Source of the DNA: a virus
Lineage: Duplodnaviria; Heunggongvirae; Uroviricota; Caudoviricetes
DNA: 64,000 bases
Virus record (IMG/VR): IMGVR_UViG_3300022750_000190
Reading direction: 5' to 3' (one strand)
Shown here: piece by piece, positions 13,993-23,869 of the stretch
How positions within the stretch are numbered: the stretch's first letter is position 1
Layout: every line of letters starts with the position of its first letter
Notes under the pieces: model-generated
Databases searched by the model: none
Seen by the model: the letters and a program-made list of their open reading frames with translations, nothing else
What the model was told of the DNA's origin: nothing
Position numbers and translations under genes: made by a program

Positions 13993-15027
13993 ATGCGAAT
14001 TCTAAAAGAATATGACCGTAACGACAACGATACATATGTCGAAATTCTATCCAAAAACATGGTTCTTGATGTAGAGTCCCATATGCATCGTGACGATAAA
14101 GGTCATGTAAGCTTTTCTGTCGAAAGCAGACTTCGCGCCGAAAATAATGTTTTGCATTTTCCAAAAGCTTCTGACACTTCTTTGATCAAAATCACAGATA
14201 AAAAAATGACAACGCTTGTTCCTATGAGCCTTGTTAGTCGTTATGAACTCAATGAAAGCCAATTAACTTTCACACAAAAAACACCAATTTTCTATGACAA
14301 TAAAATCAATAAATTTGTTGTGCTTTTTGATTATCGTTTTTTACGTGACATTAAACTCAATGAACTAAATTTGGAAACTAAACAATACAAAACATATCAC
14401 AACAAAAAACAAAACGATATTATGTATTTTGGCTTGACCTTTGATTCTATGTCTGACGTAGAAGAACAATGCTCAACCGGAACACCAAAAACCGGGGCTT
14501 TGTTTGATGTTATGGAAAGTTATAAATTCTATAAAATGTCACTACAAGGTGGTGAAAAAGTTATCCTTGTTAATTTCTTAACATCTGAGAACGAACAAAT
14601 AAAAATGTTTGATTTCAAATTAGCACAATATCTTGAAAACTGTATTACTGCTCGAAGTTTTGATATTGAATATGCTGTTGCTGTCCGTTTTGACAAGCGC
14701 TATTATTTTGTTGATAAAAATGGTGATATTATTCAATCGTCTGCATTCTCCCTCGATAAAGAGAAGCAGCAAATCAATGCCGATGTTAAGGATGAAATTA
14801 GAGGTATGGGATTTTTGGTTGGACGTAAAAAACATTCTGTTTTTGTGTGCCCTTACTCAGACGAGCAATTTGCTTTAATTGAAGCCCTTAGCAAGAAAAT
14901 GAATGATATTCACACAGAATTCTCAAATCTTTTCAAAGGAGCAGCAAGCAATACTGATAGATTAGATAGCCCTATTACTTCTCTTCCAGAGAATGGCTTT
15001 ATCAAACTGATTGGAAATAATTCTTGA
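13993..15027 (+). CDS. hypothetical protein
   Basis: 344-aa ORF with RBS AAGGCGAAAA. Confidence 0.55.
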   Translation: MRILKEYDRNDNDTYVEILSKNMVLDVESHMHRDDKGHVSFSVESRLRAENNVLHFPKASDTSLIKITDKKMTTLVPMSLVSRYELNESQLTFTQKTPIFYDNKINKFVVLFDYRFLRDIKLNELNLETKQYKTYHNKKQNDIMYFGLTFDSMSDVEEQCSTGTPKTGALFDVMESYKFYKMSLQGGEKVILVNFLTSENEQIKMFDFKLAQYLENCITARSFDIEYAVAVRFDKRYYFVDKNGDIIQSSAFSLDKEKQQINADVKDEIRGMGFLVGRKKHSVFVCPYSDEQFALIEALSKKMNDIHTEFSNLFKGAASNTDRLDSPITSLPENGFIKLIGNNS

Positions 15028-15088
15028 TTTGTACGCCATTATTCATTATAATGGCGTATCTCAAACAAACACTGCTTTAGGTTAAAGA

Positions 15089-15313
15089 ATGAAAACCGAA
15101 AAAGTAATTCCTCATATTCCTTATTACATGGCTAATGGTAATAAAGTTATTCGCACTTTTGAACAACCATTTTCAGACAGAAGTGGTAATGAAGCAACTA
15201 TCACTATTGTAGAATATACTGATAAGAAAGGAAAAATGCACGATGCAGTCATTCGTGTAAAATGGCACAGCATTGAAAAAATGTTTGCTTACGTTAACAA
15301 CCTTTATAAATAG
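15089..15313 (+). CDS. hypothetical small protein
   Basis: 74-aa ORF. Confidence 0.45.
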   Translation: MKTEKVIPHIPYYMANGNKVIRTFEQPFSDRSGNEATITIVEYTDKKGKMHDAVIRVKWHSIEKMFAYVNNLYK

Positions 15314-15321
15314 AGAAAAAC

Positions 15322-15576
15322 ATGTTTAGACGAGTTGCGGATACTGCCGATTTTATTAATGCTATTATCATTGCATTGATTTTGTTATTTGTTGCTTCTG
15401 TTTTTGGTGGTGCTTTGATTGGTTTCACCATAATTTCAGTATTCAGCATAACCAAAGATTACGAACAAGTCACTTTTGCATCTTCTGTTGTATTTACAGC
15501 AGTTGCAATTATTACTGCACTTCTGTATTCTATGCGAAAAGAATTTAAAGAAGACAAAAAACTAAATAAGGTTTAA
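15322..15576 (+). CDS. small membrane protein (two hydrophobic segments)
   Basis: 84 aa with IIIALILLFVASVFGGALIGFTIISVF. Confidence 0.45.
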   Translation: MFRRVADTADFINAIIIALILLFVASVFGGALIGFTIISVFSITKDYEQVTFASSVVFTAVAIITALLYSMRKEFKEDKKLNKV

Positions 15577-15578
15577 AA

Positions 15579-16232
15579 ATGAAAATTATCTCAAAAATCA
15601 AAGACTATTATGATTACGTTGGTAAAATCTATGGCGAGGATGAAAAAATCCCTTACAATCGCCTCGATTTGAATAAAGATGAATATCTTGACATCACTAT
15701 TCCCGCGCCTTTTAAAACACGCGATCAAAAATTACATAATATGCGCGGTTATATTCAAGGTAAACATATTCACCAATTGATTGTATGTGGGCATGTATTT
15801 ACAGTAGAAAAAGAAACGTATACAAACGAGCCTTACAAACTGATTTCTCAAGAAACAATTGATTTGCTTGCTACCGATGGAAATACTTATCGCTATTTCC
15901 GCCGCAATCATAAAGATCACTATTATAAAGGCGAATTCTTGGAAGAAGCGAAAACAATGTGCAAATTGGTTGGGCACCCTGTTATTGTGTATACAGGTCG
16001 TGACCATGCAGATAATTTGACATTCTGGCGTCGTATTCCAAACTTGGGTGAAGCTGGTGTTCCTGCGTTTTTCAAACCAGAAGAAATGTTCCAGATGATT
16101 CAACAATTCATCTCTAACGAAATTCGTGAAAACCCTGATACTAAACCACCTGTTGAAGTAGAAGATAAATACAAAATCATTGGTCACGGATTTGACCTCA
16201 AAACATCTTTCCGCCATCGAAAAGAAAGCTAA
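15579..16232 (+). CDS. hypothetical protein
   Basis: 217-aa ORF with RBS AAGGTTTAAAA. Confidence 0.55.
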   Translation: MKIISKIKDYYDYVGKIYGEDEKIPYNRLDLNKDEYLDITIPAPFKTRDQKLHNMRGYIQGKHIHQLIVCGHVFTVEKETYTNEPYKLISQETIDLLATDGNTYRYFRRNHKDHYYKGEFLEEAKTMCKLVGHPVIVYTGRDHADNLTFWRRIPNLGEAGVPAFFKPEEMFQMIQQFISNEIRENPDTKPPVEVEDKYKIIGHGFDLKTSFRHRKES

Positions 16233-16246
16233 AAATTTTCATCTAA

Positions 16247-16277
16247 AAGCCCATCATTAAACATGGGCTTTTTTTTG
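16247..16277 (+). terminator. intrinsic terminator
   Basis: AGCCCAT...ATGGGCT followed by TTTTTTTT. Confidence 0.6.
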
Positions 16278-16426
16278 ATTAAAAATAACTCTATCAATAA
16301 AAATATTAATAATAAAATCCTTGTTGAATTATAAGGTTTATGCATTTTATTTAAATATCCATTTTTTTAAAACCATATTAAAAATATTTGAATTAAGTTA
16401 AAATATATAAAAATAGCAATTTCAAA

Positions 16427-17959
16427 ATGGACAATTTCGAGAAACTAAATAAAGTTAATGGCAACTTTAAATCACAGTTAGAAAATAAAAACGATTATGA
16501 ATTAACAAAAGGAATACTTTCGAACTTTGGGGATTTCATAAATAAAAATAAAACAATGCTTTATGGCATGTTGGGAACAACTGTCATGAACTTTGCCTTA
16601 TCCAGTATGCAGCCTGTTATTGCCGCACAACAAGAGCCTTCACACATTTCGCAAACAGTTAAAATATCAAATCTTGATACATTTGAAAAACAATTTTTGG
16701 ATTACAACCAGAATATAAAAATGGGGAATTCACCAAGTAGTTTGAAAGCAATTTCTTCAAATTCTTCTGTTGTCGCTCTAAACTCTGACTCTATAAAAGC
16801 AATATCAAATTTAAAAGAAGATGAATTCATCACTGTTCAAAATCCTTTTTGGTCAAACAATGTTATTCAAATGAAAAAATCTTTTAATCAACATGTAATG
16901 AAACAGAATCAGAGCTATTTTGACGATTCGACAAACAAAGGTGTTTCTCATCAACTAACACATAATAATGCTTCTTTAATGGTAGACAGTAGTGAACAAC
17001 AAATGTTTATCAACTTTACAGAAGTAAATGGATTTCTTGATAATTTTGCAGAAGCTAAAACAGAAAACGAAAGAATGGATTTAACTAAATATGTTATTTA
17101 TCATGAAGCTGCACATGGCTCAACACGTCAATCTGTAACAATGGACCCTGCATCAGCTTCAAAAATGACAGAACTTGATATGGAGTTACATTCTGACTTA
17201 TCTGCCATTATGCTTATCGGTGTAGAAACAGGAAATTTAGCAAGATTCAATTATGTAGCAGATATGATTATTAATTCTAGAATGACAACAATTCAATACG
17301 ATTTTGAACACAGTACTTCATATGGTCTTATTGAACTTAAGAAAGCTGTCAATGAGCATCCAGAATTATTAAAAATGAAAAAAGGAGATATTTCAGAGTT
17401 TTCTTACAATATTGTTAAAAAATTATCAGACAAAGATTTCTCTGCTATTCCTGAATACAATGAAATCAAAGGAGACCTAAAAAGTGATAAACAATCAATA
17501 CTAGAAGATATGAAAAATGGGAAAAATACAGAGTCAATAAATTATTTCGCAGGAAAAGTATATAACAAAGGTGTTTTTGGCTTTGATTATAAAAATTTTG
17601 ATGAAGCAAGATGGTCAAAACTTGCAGTGCGAATATCCGAAAAAATGAAAAATTCAGTAGGTTATGACGATATTCCGGCAAGCATGTTAATCAGTGTTAA
17701 AAAAGAAGTTGACAAATTAAATGTTCAAGAAGATAAGTATGCCGATATTGTTATTGGTAAAATAGTAAGTAAAATCGAAAAACAAATTGATGAAAGTCCA
17801 GTAATTGATGGAAATATGATTGCAATCGCAAAAACAAAAATCAAAATGGACTCAATGTATGAATCTTCGACAATACAAGAAATCACAAAAACTTTTAATC
17901 AAAAAAATAATAATGATTCTATTGTAAAAAGCAGCGGATTCAAAAACAATTCAATTTAA
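16427..17959 (+). CDS. HExxH-motif protein, putative secreted zinc metalloprotease
   Basis: 510-aa ORF containing VIYHEAAHG. A hydrophobic signal-like segment sits near residue 45, so the true start may be internal. Confidence 0.45.
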   Translation: MDNFEKLNKVNGNFKSQLENKNDYELTKGILSNFGDFINKNKTMLYGMLGTTVMNFALSSMQPVIAAQQEPSHISQTVKISNLDTFEKQFLDYNQNIKMGNSPSSLKAISSNSSVVALNSDSIKAISNLKEDEFITVQNPFWSNNVIQMKKSFNQHVMKQNQSYFDDSTNKGVSHQLTHNNASLMVDSSEQQMFINFTEVNGFLDNFAEAKTENERMDLTKYVIYHEAAHGSTRQSVTMDPASASKMTELDMELHSDLSAIMLIGVETGNLARFNYVADMIINSRMTTIQYDFEHSTSYGLIELKKAVNEHPELLKMKKGDISEFSYNIVKKLSDKDFSAIPEYNEIKGDLKSDKQSILEDMKNGKNTESINYFAGKVYNKGVFGFDYKNFDEARWSKLAVRISEKMKNSVGYDDIPASMLISVKKEVDKLNVQEDKYADIVIGKIVSKIEKQIDESPVIDGNMIAIAKTKIKMDSMYESSTIQEITKTFNQKNNNDSIVKSSGFKNNSI

Positions 17960-18026
17960 ACAATAAATCTTGTTAATATTAAATAATTTCTATATAGTGT
18001 TACTATATTTTTAAAAAGGAAATACT

Positions 18027-18197
18027 ATGAGCGTAGAATTGTTATACGAAAAAGCAAGATTGACATTAGGTGCGACAGAAGAAGAACGTCTTAGAAAAGC
18101 AAGAGCAAGAACTTTTATTCTTACCAGAATACTTGCCAAGCAATTCAAAGCTCAGGAAGTAACGGAAGAATTGCTTAACAAAAAATGTACTCTATAA
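18027..18197 (+). CDS. small protein, member P1 of a three-member family ending ...NKKCTL (below ORF-track cutoff)
   Basis: 56-aa ORF with RBS AAAGGAAAT. Paralogous to 19320-19490 and 22339-22512. Confidence 0.45.
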   Translation: MSVELLYEKARLTLGATEEERLRKARARTFILTRILAKQFKAQEVTEELLNKKCTL

Positions 18198-18227
18198 TTT
18201 AATGCCAAGTTTCGACTTGGCTTTAAA

Positions 18228-18982
18228 TCAACCACAAGCCCAATTAAAAACATAAATATTTTCTTCTTTATCTAATTTCTCAGAATCTTCAAGCCATTCA
18301 AATTCTTCTATAAAAATATGCCCTGTACCATCACCAGCAAATAATTCTTTCGCATTAGCTGGGAATTTCTTTCCATCATAAAAGCATCCTGCATCAATTT
18401 GAAATATAAAAGTTCCTAAATTTTCCACACCTTGTGAATAAAAAGGCCATCCGCCTAACTTGTCGCCTTGTATACAATCATATTCTTCTGTGAGTTCTAT
18501 CAATTCATCAAGATCGTATTCTTCCCCATCCAAAATCTTCTCAACATCATCTCCTTCGTATACATCTTGCTGATGAGGATAATCTTTTGTAGCTTTCCAC
18601 TCTACAATTGTTTTCTCTTTATATTTGTCTATTCCACTTTCTAATGGTTGAGAAACAAAACTGCCATTCTCAAAATTAGTTATTTTTCTAACTAAGCTAT
18701 CACTTCCATATCTCCCACCATTATACTGATAAAAAAATTGCAAAAGACCTGAACCGCCTAATTTATTTTTATATTCATCGGGAAGTGTTGATATATTTAG
18801 TTGCAAAACGCACAAAGCTGGAATTTTTTCATCATCGTCTAAACAAGGCCATTTTTCATCTTTGTTCATCCATACAGTACCAAAATACTTAGATAACAAT
18901 TCTTCTTTTTGTTCAATCGCTGTTTTTGATAATATTGGCTTATACGCTGTCTTAACAAGCTTCTTAAAAATTTTAGAACTCA
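18228..18982 (-). CDS. hypothetical protein, possibly DUF1963/YwqG-like
   Basis: ATG at 18982 with AAGAGTGA upstream. Contains GDKLGGWPFYSQG...IFQID, reminiscent of YwqG-family proteins. The call is tentative. Confidence 0.45.
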
Positions 18983-19051
18983 TATTTTCACTCTTTAATA
19001 CGTTAGTTATTAATTGATATTTTCTCATTTTAAACTTAAAACACAAGTAGA

Positions 19052-19080
19052 TTGACAGTTTTTTATAATTTTGATATTAT
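19052..19080 (+). promoter_or_regulatory. sigma70-like promoter TTGACA-17-TATTAT
   Basis: TTGACA at 19052-19057 and TATTAT at 19075-19080. Confidence 0.5.
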
Positions 19081-19102
19081 AATGACAAGAAACTAATCAA
19101 TA

Positions 19103-19306
19103 TTGAGAATATCAAACATGCTTGCATCACTTAGCTATTTCTATAATTGGCTCTTGCTTCAAATTGGATTTCAAAATCACATTGGACTCTTAGGTCAGCT
19201 TTTTGATATTTTCTTGGCATTAATTTTTGCTATCATTGTAATTTCAGTTGTCATGGCTGGCATTCAAACCAATAAAGAATCAAAAAACAAAACATTTAAA
19301 CTATAA
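19103..19306 (+). CDS. small membrane protein
   Basis: 67 aa, hydrophobic. Confidence 0.4.
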   Translation: MRISNMLASLSYFYNWLLLQIGFQNHIGLLGQLFDIFLALIFAIIVISVVMAGIQTNKESKNKTFKL

Positions 19307-19319
19307 TTAGAGAACACAT

Positions 19320-19490
19320 ATGCACACAGAAAAACTTTTTGACAAAATACGTGAACGCCTAGGCAACACCGAAGAGGTTCGTACAGCCAGAGTAAAGGAA
19401 AGAATGGAAGCACTAAATATTAAACTACAAAGACAATTAGATTCGCAAAAAATGACAGAAGAAGTACTTAACAAGAGATGCACTCTTTAA
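19320..19490 (+). CDS. small protein, family member P2 (...NKRCTL), below ORF-track cutoff
   Basis: 56-aa ORF of the same length as P1. Shares LG.TEE...TEE(L/V)LNK(K/R)CTL. Confidence 0.45.
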   Translation: MHTEKLFDKIRERLGNTEEVRTARVKERMEALNIKLQRQLDSQKMTEEVLNKRCTL

Positions 19491-19546
19491 TATTGATTAA
19501 CACCTTAAAATAAGCTATTATATTAGCAAACAGTTTAGGGTGATTT

Positions 19547-19795
19547 ATGAAAGTATATCTATTGTGGAAAAAGCATCACGAAGACGAAATTACTCAAAGT
19601 GAATTTCATGACATTCTCATTGATGTCTATACGGACAAAGTAAAAGCTGAATCAGAAAGAGAAGAACAAGAAAAGACGCTTCATGATAAATATAACAAAG
19701 CCAATGAAGCTTCTAAAACAGTTAATGATATATTAGGAGTAGACGAATTCCCTATTTCTGAATATTTCGTGGTTGAAGAAAAAGAAACAAAATAA
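19547..19795 (+). CDS. hypothetical small protein
   Basis: 82-aa ORF whose stop abuts the denV start. Confidence 0.45.
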   Translation: MKVYLLWKKHHEDEITQSEFHDILIDVYTDKVKAESEREEQEKTLHDKYNKANEASKTVNDILGVDEFPISEYFVVEEKETK

Positions 19796-19796
19796 A

Positions 19797-20225
19797 ATGA
19801 CACGTATAAATGTCTTGGAGCCATCTGAATTATACGATCAGCATCTTTTAATTGAGTTAAGAGAGCTTCCAAGACTATTTACATACATAGAGCAGCATAT
19901 GCTCTTAAATCCTGTTTATCGTGGTCCTGAGACCTATACGCTTGGTAAAGGACATGTTAAGTTTTTCTCAAATAAAGCACTTTATCTCTACAAGCGCATG
20001 TTTGCCTTACATCATGAATCATTATTGAGAAATTTCAATTTTAAATTTGATTCTGACAATTGGAATTCTCGATATAATTCAATTCCTAGTATTTTAAAAC
20101 AAGATTATTTTCCGACTTTAAATGCAATAGACATTAACCGTGAAAGAATCTTTGAAAAAGTTATCTTGCGCCCTAATTTCTATCGCTATTGTGGAAAGCT
20201 AATTGACCAAAAGATTGACTTTTGA
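19797..20225 (+). CDS. denV: pyrimidine-dimer DNA glycosylase (T4 endonuclease V homolog)
   Basis: MTRINVLEPSELYDQHLLIELRELPRLF matches the T4 EndoV N-terminus [28 protein letters not shown]. 142 aa. Confidence 0.85.
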   Translation: MTRINVLEPSELYDQHLLIELRELPRLFTYIEQHMLLNPVYRGPETYTLGKGHVKFFSNKALYLYKRMFALHHESLLRNFNFKFDSDNWNSRYNSIPSILKQDYFPTLNAIDINRERIFEKVILRPNFYRYCGKLIDQKIDF

Positions 20226-20243
20226 GTCTGATTGAGATATTAT
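20215..20243 (+). promoter_or_regulatory. sigma70-like promoter TTGACT-17-TATTAT overlapping the denV 3' end
   Basis: TTGACT at 20215-20220 and TATTAT at 20238-20243. Confidence 0.4.
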
Positions 20244-20276
20244 AATACCAATCTCACAGCAAAGACATTTATTGAT

Positions 20277-20903
20277 ATGAAGACTCTTAAAGCACATCTT
20301 GACAGCATTCTTGAAGGAACATACATGCCTTTAATTAAAGGGGATTTTGTTGCACAAGAATCTGATGTTCTTGGTGACACTTTTCAGATTTGCATGAGCT
20401 ACGACGGCGACATGCACATCTTTTCAATCCTCGATTTCATGCAAGAGAAATATACAGTTAATGATTTTGGTCATGTTGTTAATGGTCACAAATCTCTTCA
20501 ATTCTCTTTGAACGAAAAATCTCATGCTTTCAACAAATCACTTTATGTGTTAGCAGAAGCTATTCGCAGAGATAATATCAGTCGTCTTCGATTTGAACAA
20601 AAGCAAGAACGCACATCAGAACAAATCACCATTGCTTTTGACTGGATGATTGCAAATGTACACAAATTTGAAACATTAACAGAATCAAGTTATAAACGTA
20701 TTCAAGACGACAATGATGGCGATCCTGATTCTGCCATTACACTTGTGCTTAATGATGACAAAATTGAATTCCATACAAATTGTGGTGATTCATTCAGATT
20801 TCGCACTTCATGCGGTGGTGGAAGAAGCCTGCGAGTAAGAAATGCATTGATTTATCTGGCTTATGTGTCTCAAAAGCTTGAATCTTCTTCAAAATTGAGT
20901 TAA
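20277..20903 (+). CDS. hypothetical protein
   Basis: ATG at 20277 (MKTLKAHL...). The track ORF starts at 20232 in frame. Confidence 0.45.
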   Translation: MKTLKAHLDSILEGTYMPLIKGDFVAQESDVLGDTFQICMSYDGDMHIFSILDFMQEKYTVNDFGHVVNGHKSLQFSLNEKSHAFNKSLYVLAEAIRRDNISRLRFEQKQERTSEQITIAFDWMIANVHKFETLTESSYKRIQDDNDGDPDSAITLVLNDDKIEFHTNCGDSFRFRTSCGGGRSLRVRNALIYLAYVSQKLESSSKLS

Positions 20904-20921
20904 AATTGACATCCAATATCG

Positions 20922-21155
20922 GTGAAGACCATGAATAAAACAGAAATCAAAAAAGCTTTTTCAAATAGAAACAAATTGAAAAAAGAAGTCAAAATGTTGG
21001 CTGCTAAACTTTGGAAAACTAATATTTCTTCACCACAATTTGATGCTACACAAGAACGCTTAAAAACAGCACAAAAAGAATTGGAAGAACAATATCCAAT
21101 TTTCCAAAAGGCTTTAGTGCTTACCCTTTGCCCCGGAACACAGGAACCAAAATGA
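20922..21155 (+). CDS. hypothetical small protein
   Basis: 77-aa ORF. Confidence 0.45.
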   Translation: MKTMNKTEIKKAFSNRNKLKKEVKMLAAKLWKTNISSPQFDATQERLKTAQKELEEQYPIFQKALVLTLCPGTQEPK

Positions 21156-21439
21156 AAGAAATTATTATTGTAGCGATTGTCTTATACTTTGTTTATAAAG
21201 TAATGGCACCAAGCAAAGGAATGAATAAAGCAGAAGTAGCCGATTTTGTAGGCTCAACTGCTTTATCCGTTCATGCCGAATTTCTGAAAGTTTTTGAAAA
21301 ATACGAAAAAGAGCGGCAAATTGCTCTTGAAGAAAAACAACCAAATCGTGAAACAGAAGCACTTTGGACTGTTAAAAATTATTTAAAAGAATTTCCAAAT
21401 GCCGTTAACTCGGAAATAAAAAAGGCTAAAGAGCAATAA
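21152..21439 (+). CDS. small protein with N-terminal transmembrane helix (paralog of 22004-22276)
   Basis: ATG at 21152 with CAGGAACC upstream. Shares F.EYEKQR..AL with its paralog. Confidence 0.45.
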   Translation: MKEIIIVAIVLYFVYKVMAPSKGMNKAEVADFVGSTALSVHAEFLKVFEKYEKERQIALEEKQPNRETEALWTVKNYLKEFPNAVNSEIKKAKEQ

Positions 21440-21453
21440 GCTGATGGAACAGC

Positions 21454-21738
21454 TTAGCTTTGATTACAACCTTCTGATAAAATTTCATACTTTATTCCTT
21501 TTATGTTTCCTTGACTATCTTCGTAAACCATTTTTGCTGGAACCACTTCGCAATTTCCTTTCTTCTCACTCATACTAATTACATTTTTAACATCAAGATT
21601 CATGCCATATTTATATTCTTGATATTTAACTTGTGATAAGTCAACTTTTTGATCAGCTTGTGCGCTTGAAACCCCAAAGATCCCCACAAAAGCTGCTAAC
21701 ACTATACCTGATACTTCTTTTTTAATTTTAATATTCAT
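21454..21738 (-). CDS. small secreted protein with signal peptide
   Basis: Signal-like N-terminus ending SSAQA-DQK and two Cys residues. RBS GAGGA. Confidence 0.5.
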   Translation of the reverse strand: MNIKIKKEVSGIVLAAFVGIFGVSSAQADQKVDLSQVKYQEYKYGMNLDVKNVISMSEKKGNCEVVPAKMVYEDSQGNIKGIKYEILSEGCNQS

Positions 21739-22003
21739 TATTTTATCCTCTACCTAATTATTAGGTTACTAATTGTTTGTACTTTCATTATATACCCCAA
21801 AACTATTCATAAAAGAGATAATATCATTGATAATAATGATTGAAACTATTCAAAAACCTGATAATAGCTGTTTTAAAGGCTTGCAGAGACATGTTCCATT
21901 AAATGCAACAATGATTATCTTTTTGTGCAACAATTAAGTGCTTTACAGTGACGGCATTTTATACTATAATACTGACCTACACACCTCATTGAGCCATACG
22001 AAA

Positions 22004-22276
22004 ATGAAAGAAGTTATTATTTGCCTAATTATTTGCGTAACCATCGTTAATCTTAATGGCGGCATGAACAAAAAAGAATCTTTGGCTTTTGTGTCCAATG
22101 TTGCTGCTATTACACAACAGACTGTACAGAAACAGTTTGACGAGTATGAAAAACAACGTAATGAAGCTTTAGCAAATAAAGACCCTGTAAAAGAGCAGGT
22201 TGCATTTGAAGTATTTAAAAAATCACTTACTAATGTTGCTAACGACATTAAGGCTGTTAACGACAAATCTAAATAA
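22004..22276 (+). CDS. small protein with N-terminal transmembrane helix (paralog of 21152-21439)
   Basis: ATG at 22004. The track ORF starts at GTG 21938. Confidence 0.45.
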   Translation: MKEVIICLIICVTIVNLNGGMNKKESLAFVSNVAAITQQTVQKQFDEYEKQRNEALANKDPVKEQVAFEVFKKSLTNVANDIKAVNDKSK

Positions 22277-22338
22277 TAGCAATTGATTTGCAAGAATCTA
22301 TATTGTATTATTAGAAGACATAATCAATAGGTATCTCT

Positions 22339-22512
22339 ATGTCATTGCAAGCATTAATCGAACTTTCAAAAATAACAACGCTTAGTGAAGAAAGCATAGC
22401 TCTCTTGCAAGCAGCCAGAAAAAGACATGCCGAATATGATGAAAAGATAGAAAAACAAGTTCGGAACAAACATGTTGGACATGAATTACTGATGAAAACA
22501 TGTAGCATTTGA
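22339..22512 (+). CDS. small protein, family member P3 (...LLMKTCSI), below ORF-track cutoff
   Basis: 57-aa ORF with RBS AGGTA. Its C-terminus matches P1 and P2. It is preferred over the overlapping minus-strand ORF 22311-22508. Confidence 0.4.
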   Translation: MSLQALIELSKITTLSEESIALLQAARKRHAEYDEKIEKQVRNKHVGHELLMKTCSI

Positions 22513-22716
22513 AAAAATTAAAACCATCCTAAAAAACGTTAACAATTGATATTTAAAAGATTTTTTTGCAACCGAATTCTAACTCACAAATGAATAATAA
22601 AAAACCTTAGAAACACCTTATTTTAAAGGACGAAAGGTCATTTTTTGGCTTGCTAAAGTAACTTGTTTTTTCTATAATAAGTGGACACAAACAATCTACA
22701 ATCAGGTATCAAAATC

Positions 22717-22878
22717 ATGACTCTTTCACTCACAGTAAGTGCAAAAGGAAACACAAATTCAGATATTGAAGAAGTATTGAAACGTGCATATCTTGAACTC
22801 GTTCAAGGTGGTGTTTCTGAGTCTTATAAAGATGAAGAAAAAGAATTCTTTTTTGAATTATCTGGCGAAGAAGATTAA
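22717..22878 (+). CDS. small protein, possibly dodecin-like
   Basis: 53 aa (MTLSLTVSAKGNTNSDIEEVLKRA...). The pattern resembles dodecins. The family call is tentative. Confidence 0.4.
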   Translation: MTLSLTVSAKGNTNSDIEEVLKRAYLELVQGGVSESYKDEEKEFFFELSGEED

Positions 22879-22908
22879 TATCCCTCTAAAAATTAAAAGG
22901 CTTATATA

Positions 22909-23085
22909 ATGTCTCTATCTTTTGAATTTTCTGCTGTTGGCGCTACTCAATCAGACATTGAAGAAGCATTTGAAATTGCAATTCGCCAAGTACGTGAAGG
23001 CTTTAAAAGCGGTCACGACCGTGGCGATGGTCGTTCATACAGCTATGAACTCCATGGTGAAGAACAAGCTTCCAAATCAGAATAA
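22909..23085 (+). CDS. small protein, tandem paralog of 22717-22878 (not in ORF track)
   Basis: 58 aa (MSLSFEFSAVGATQSDIEEAFEIAIRQVREG...). In a different frame from track ORF 22922-23119. RBS AAAAGG. Confidence 0.4.
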   Translation: MSLSFEFSAVGATQSDIEEAFEIAIRQVREGFKSGHDRGDGRSYSYELHGEEQASKSE

Positions 23086-23096
23086 AGGCATTTATC

Positions 23097-23414
23097 ATGA
23101 TCGATTTTATCAAAAATGAATTTTCTATTAACGCCGATTTTGTTGAACAACTGAAAAACGAAATGAAAGAATATCGTTGGTATTCTGAATTCGTAGATGT
23201 TGACTCAACTGGAAAAATCGTTATTTTCGATATTTCGCACGGTTGCACAAAAGATGCTATTCAACAAGTCATTGATTTGCTAGATGACAACGGTAAGTCA
23301 TCTGTAAAACTTGATATTATAGTATCTGACAATGATGAAACGTTGTCTTACACTTTTGACAGCGAAAACAAACAAATCATTGAAAAAGTAGCATCTGGCT
23401 ATATTTGGTCTTAA
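23097..23414 (+). CDS. hypothetical protein
   Basis: 105-aa ORF. Confidence 0.45.
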   Translation: MIDFIKNEFSINADFVEQLKNEMKEYRWYSEFVDVDSTGKIVIFDISHGCTKDAIQQVIDLLDDNGKSSVKLDIIVSDNDETLSYTFDSENKQIIEKVASGYIWS

Positions 23415-23432
23415 CCTTAACGAGAATTAAAA

Positions 23433-23819
23433 ATGAAAGAATTACTCGCTATTCAGAACAACAATTTTGAATATGATTATTTAAATAAAACCGAATTCCA
23501 TAAAGTAGCAAAGGCAGAACTTCGCAGACTAGTCAAACACCTTGGTATGACTCGTGGCACTTATGATATTCGTAGCAATCTTGGTGGAGATGCTGTTGCT
23601 GGTGAAGTCATTCTTCATACCGAAAAGGTTTACCTCCAAATTATTGCAAATGGTTTGGGAGAAAAAGGACTTCGTGTAATGTACCGCACTTGTGAAGGTC
23701 GAAAAGATTATACTGGTGGAAGAAATAACTCTATTACTCTTGAAGAATTTGGAACTTCTGAATTCCGTTATAAACTAAGTAATATGTTATTTGGTTCCCT
23801 TACTGAAAAAACAATTTAA
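23433..23819 (+). CDS. hypothetical protein
   Basis: 128-aa ORF. Confidence 0.5.
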   Translation: MKELLAIQNNNFEYDYLNKTEFHKVAKAELRRLVKHLGMTRGTYDIRSNLGGDAVAGEVILHTEKVYLQIIANGLGEKGLRVMYRTCEGRKDYTGGRNNSITLEEFGTSEFRYKLSNMLFGSLTEKTI

Positions 23820-23823
23820 AATC

Positions 23824-23869
23824 TTGACATGGTGATATTAATCTGCGATGATATCACCATTAAGTATCC
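23824..23869 (+). promoter_or_regulatory. TTGACA box followed by a 10-bp perfect inverted repeat (operator or attenuator-like) and AGTATCC
   Basis: TTGACA at 23824-23829. ATGGTGATAT at 23829-23838 pairs with ATATCACCAT at 23851-23860. AGTATCC at 23863-23869. Confidence 0.4.

Noticed and set aside
22922-23119. Track ORF 22922-23119 (TTG start)
   Set aside because: The alternative frame 22909-23085 has an ATG, an RBS and clear paralogy to the adjacent 22717-22878 gene. The track frame has none of these.
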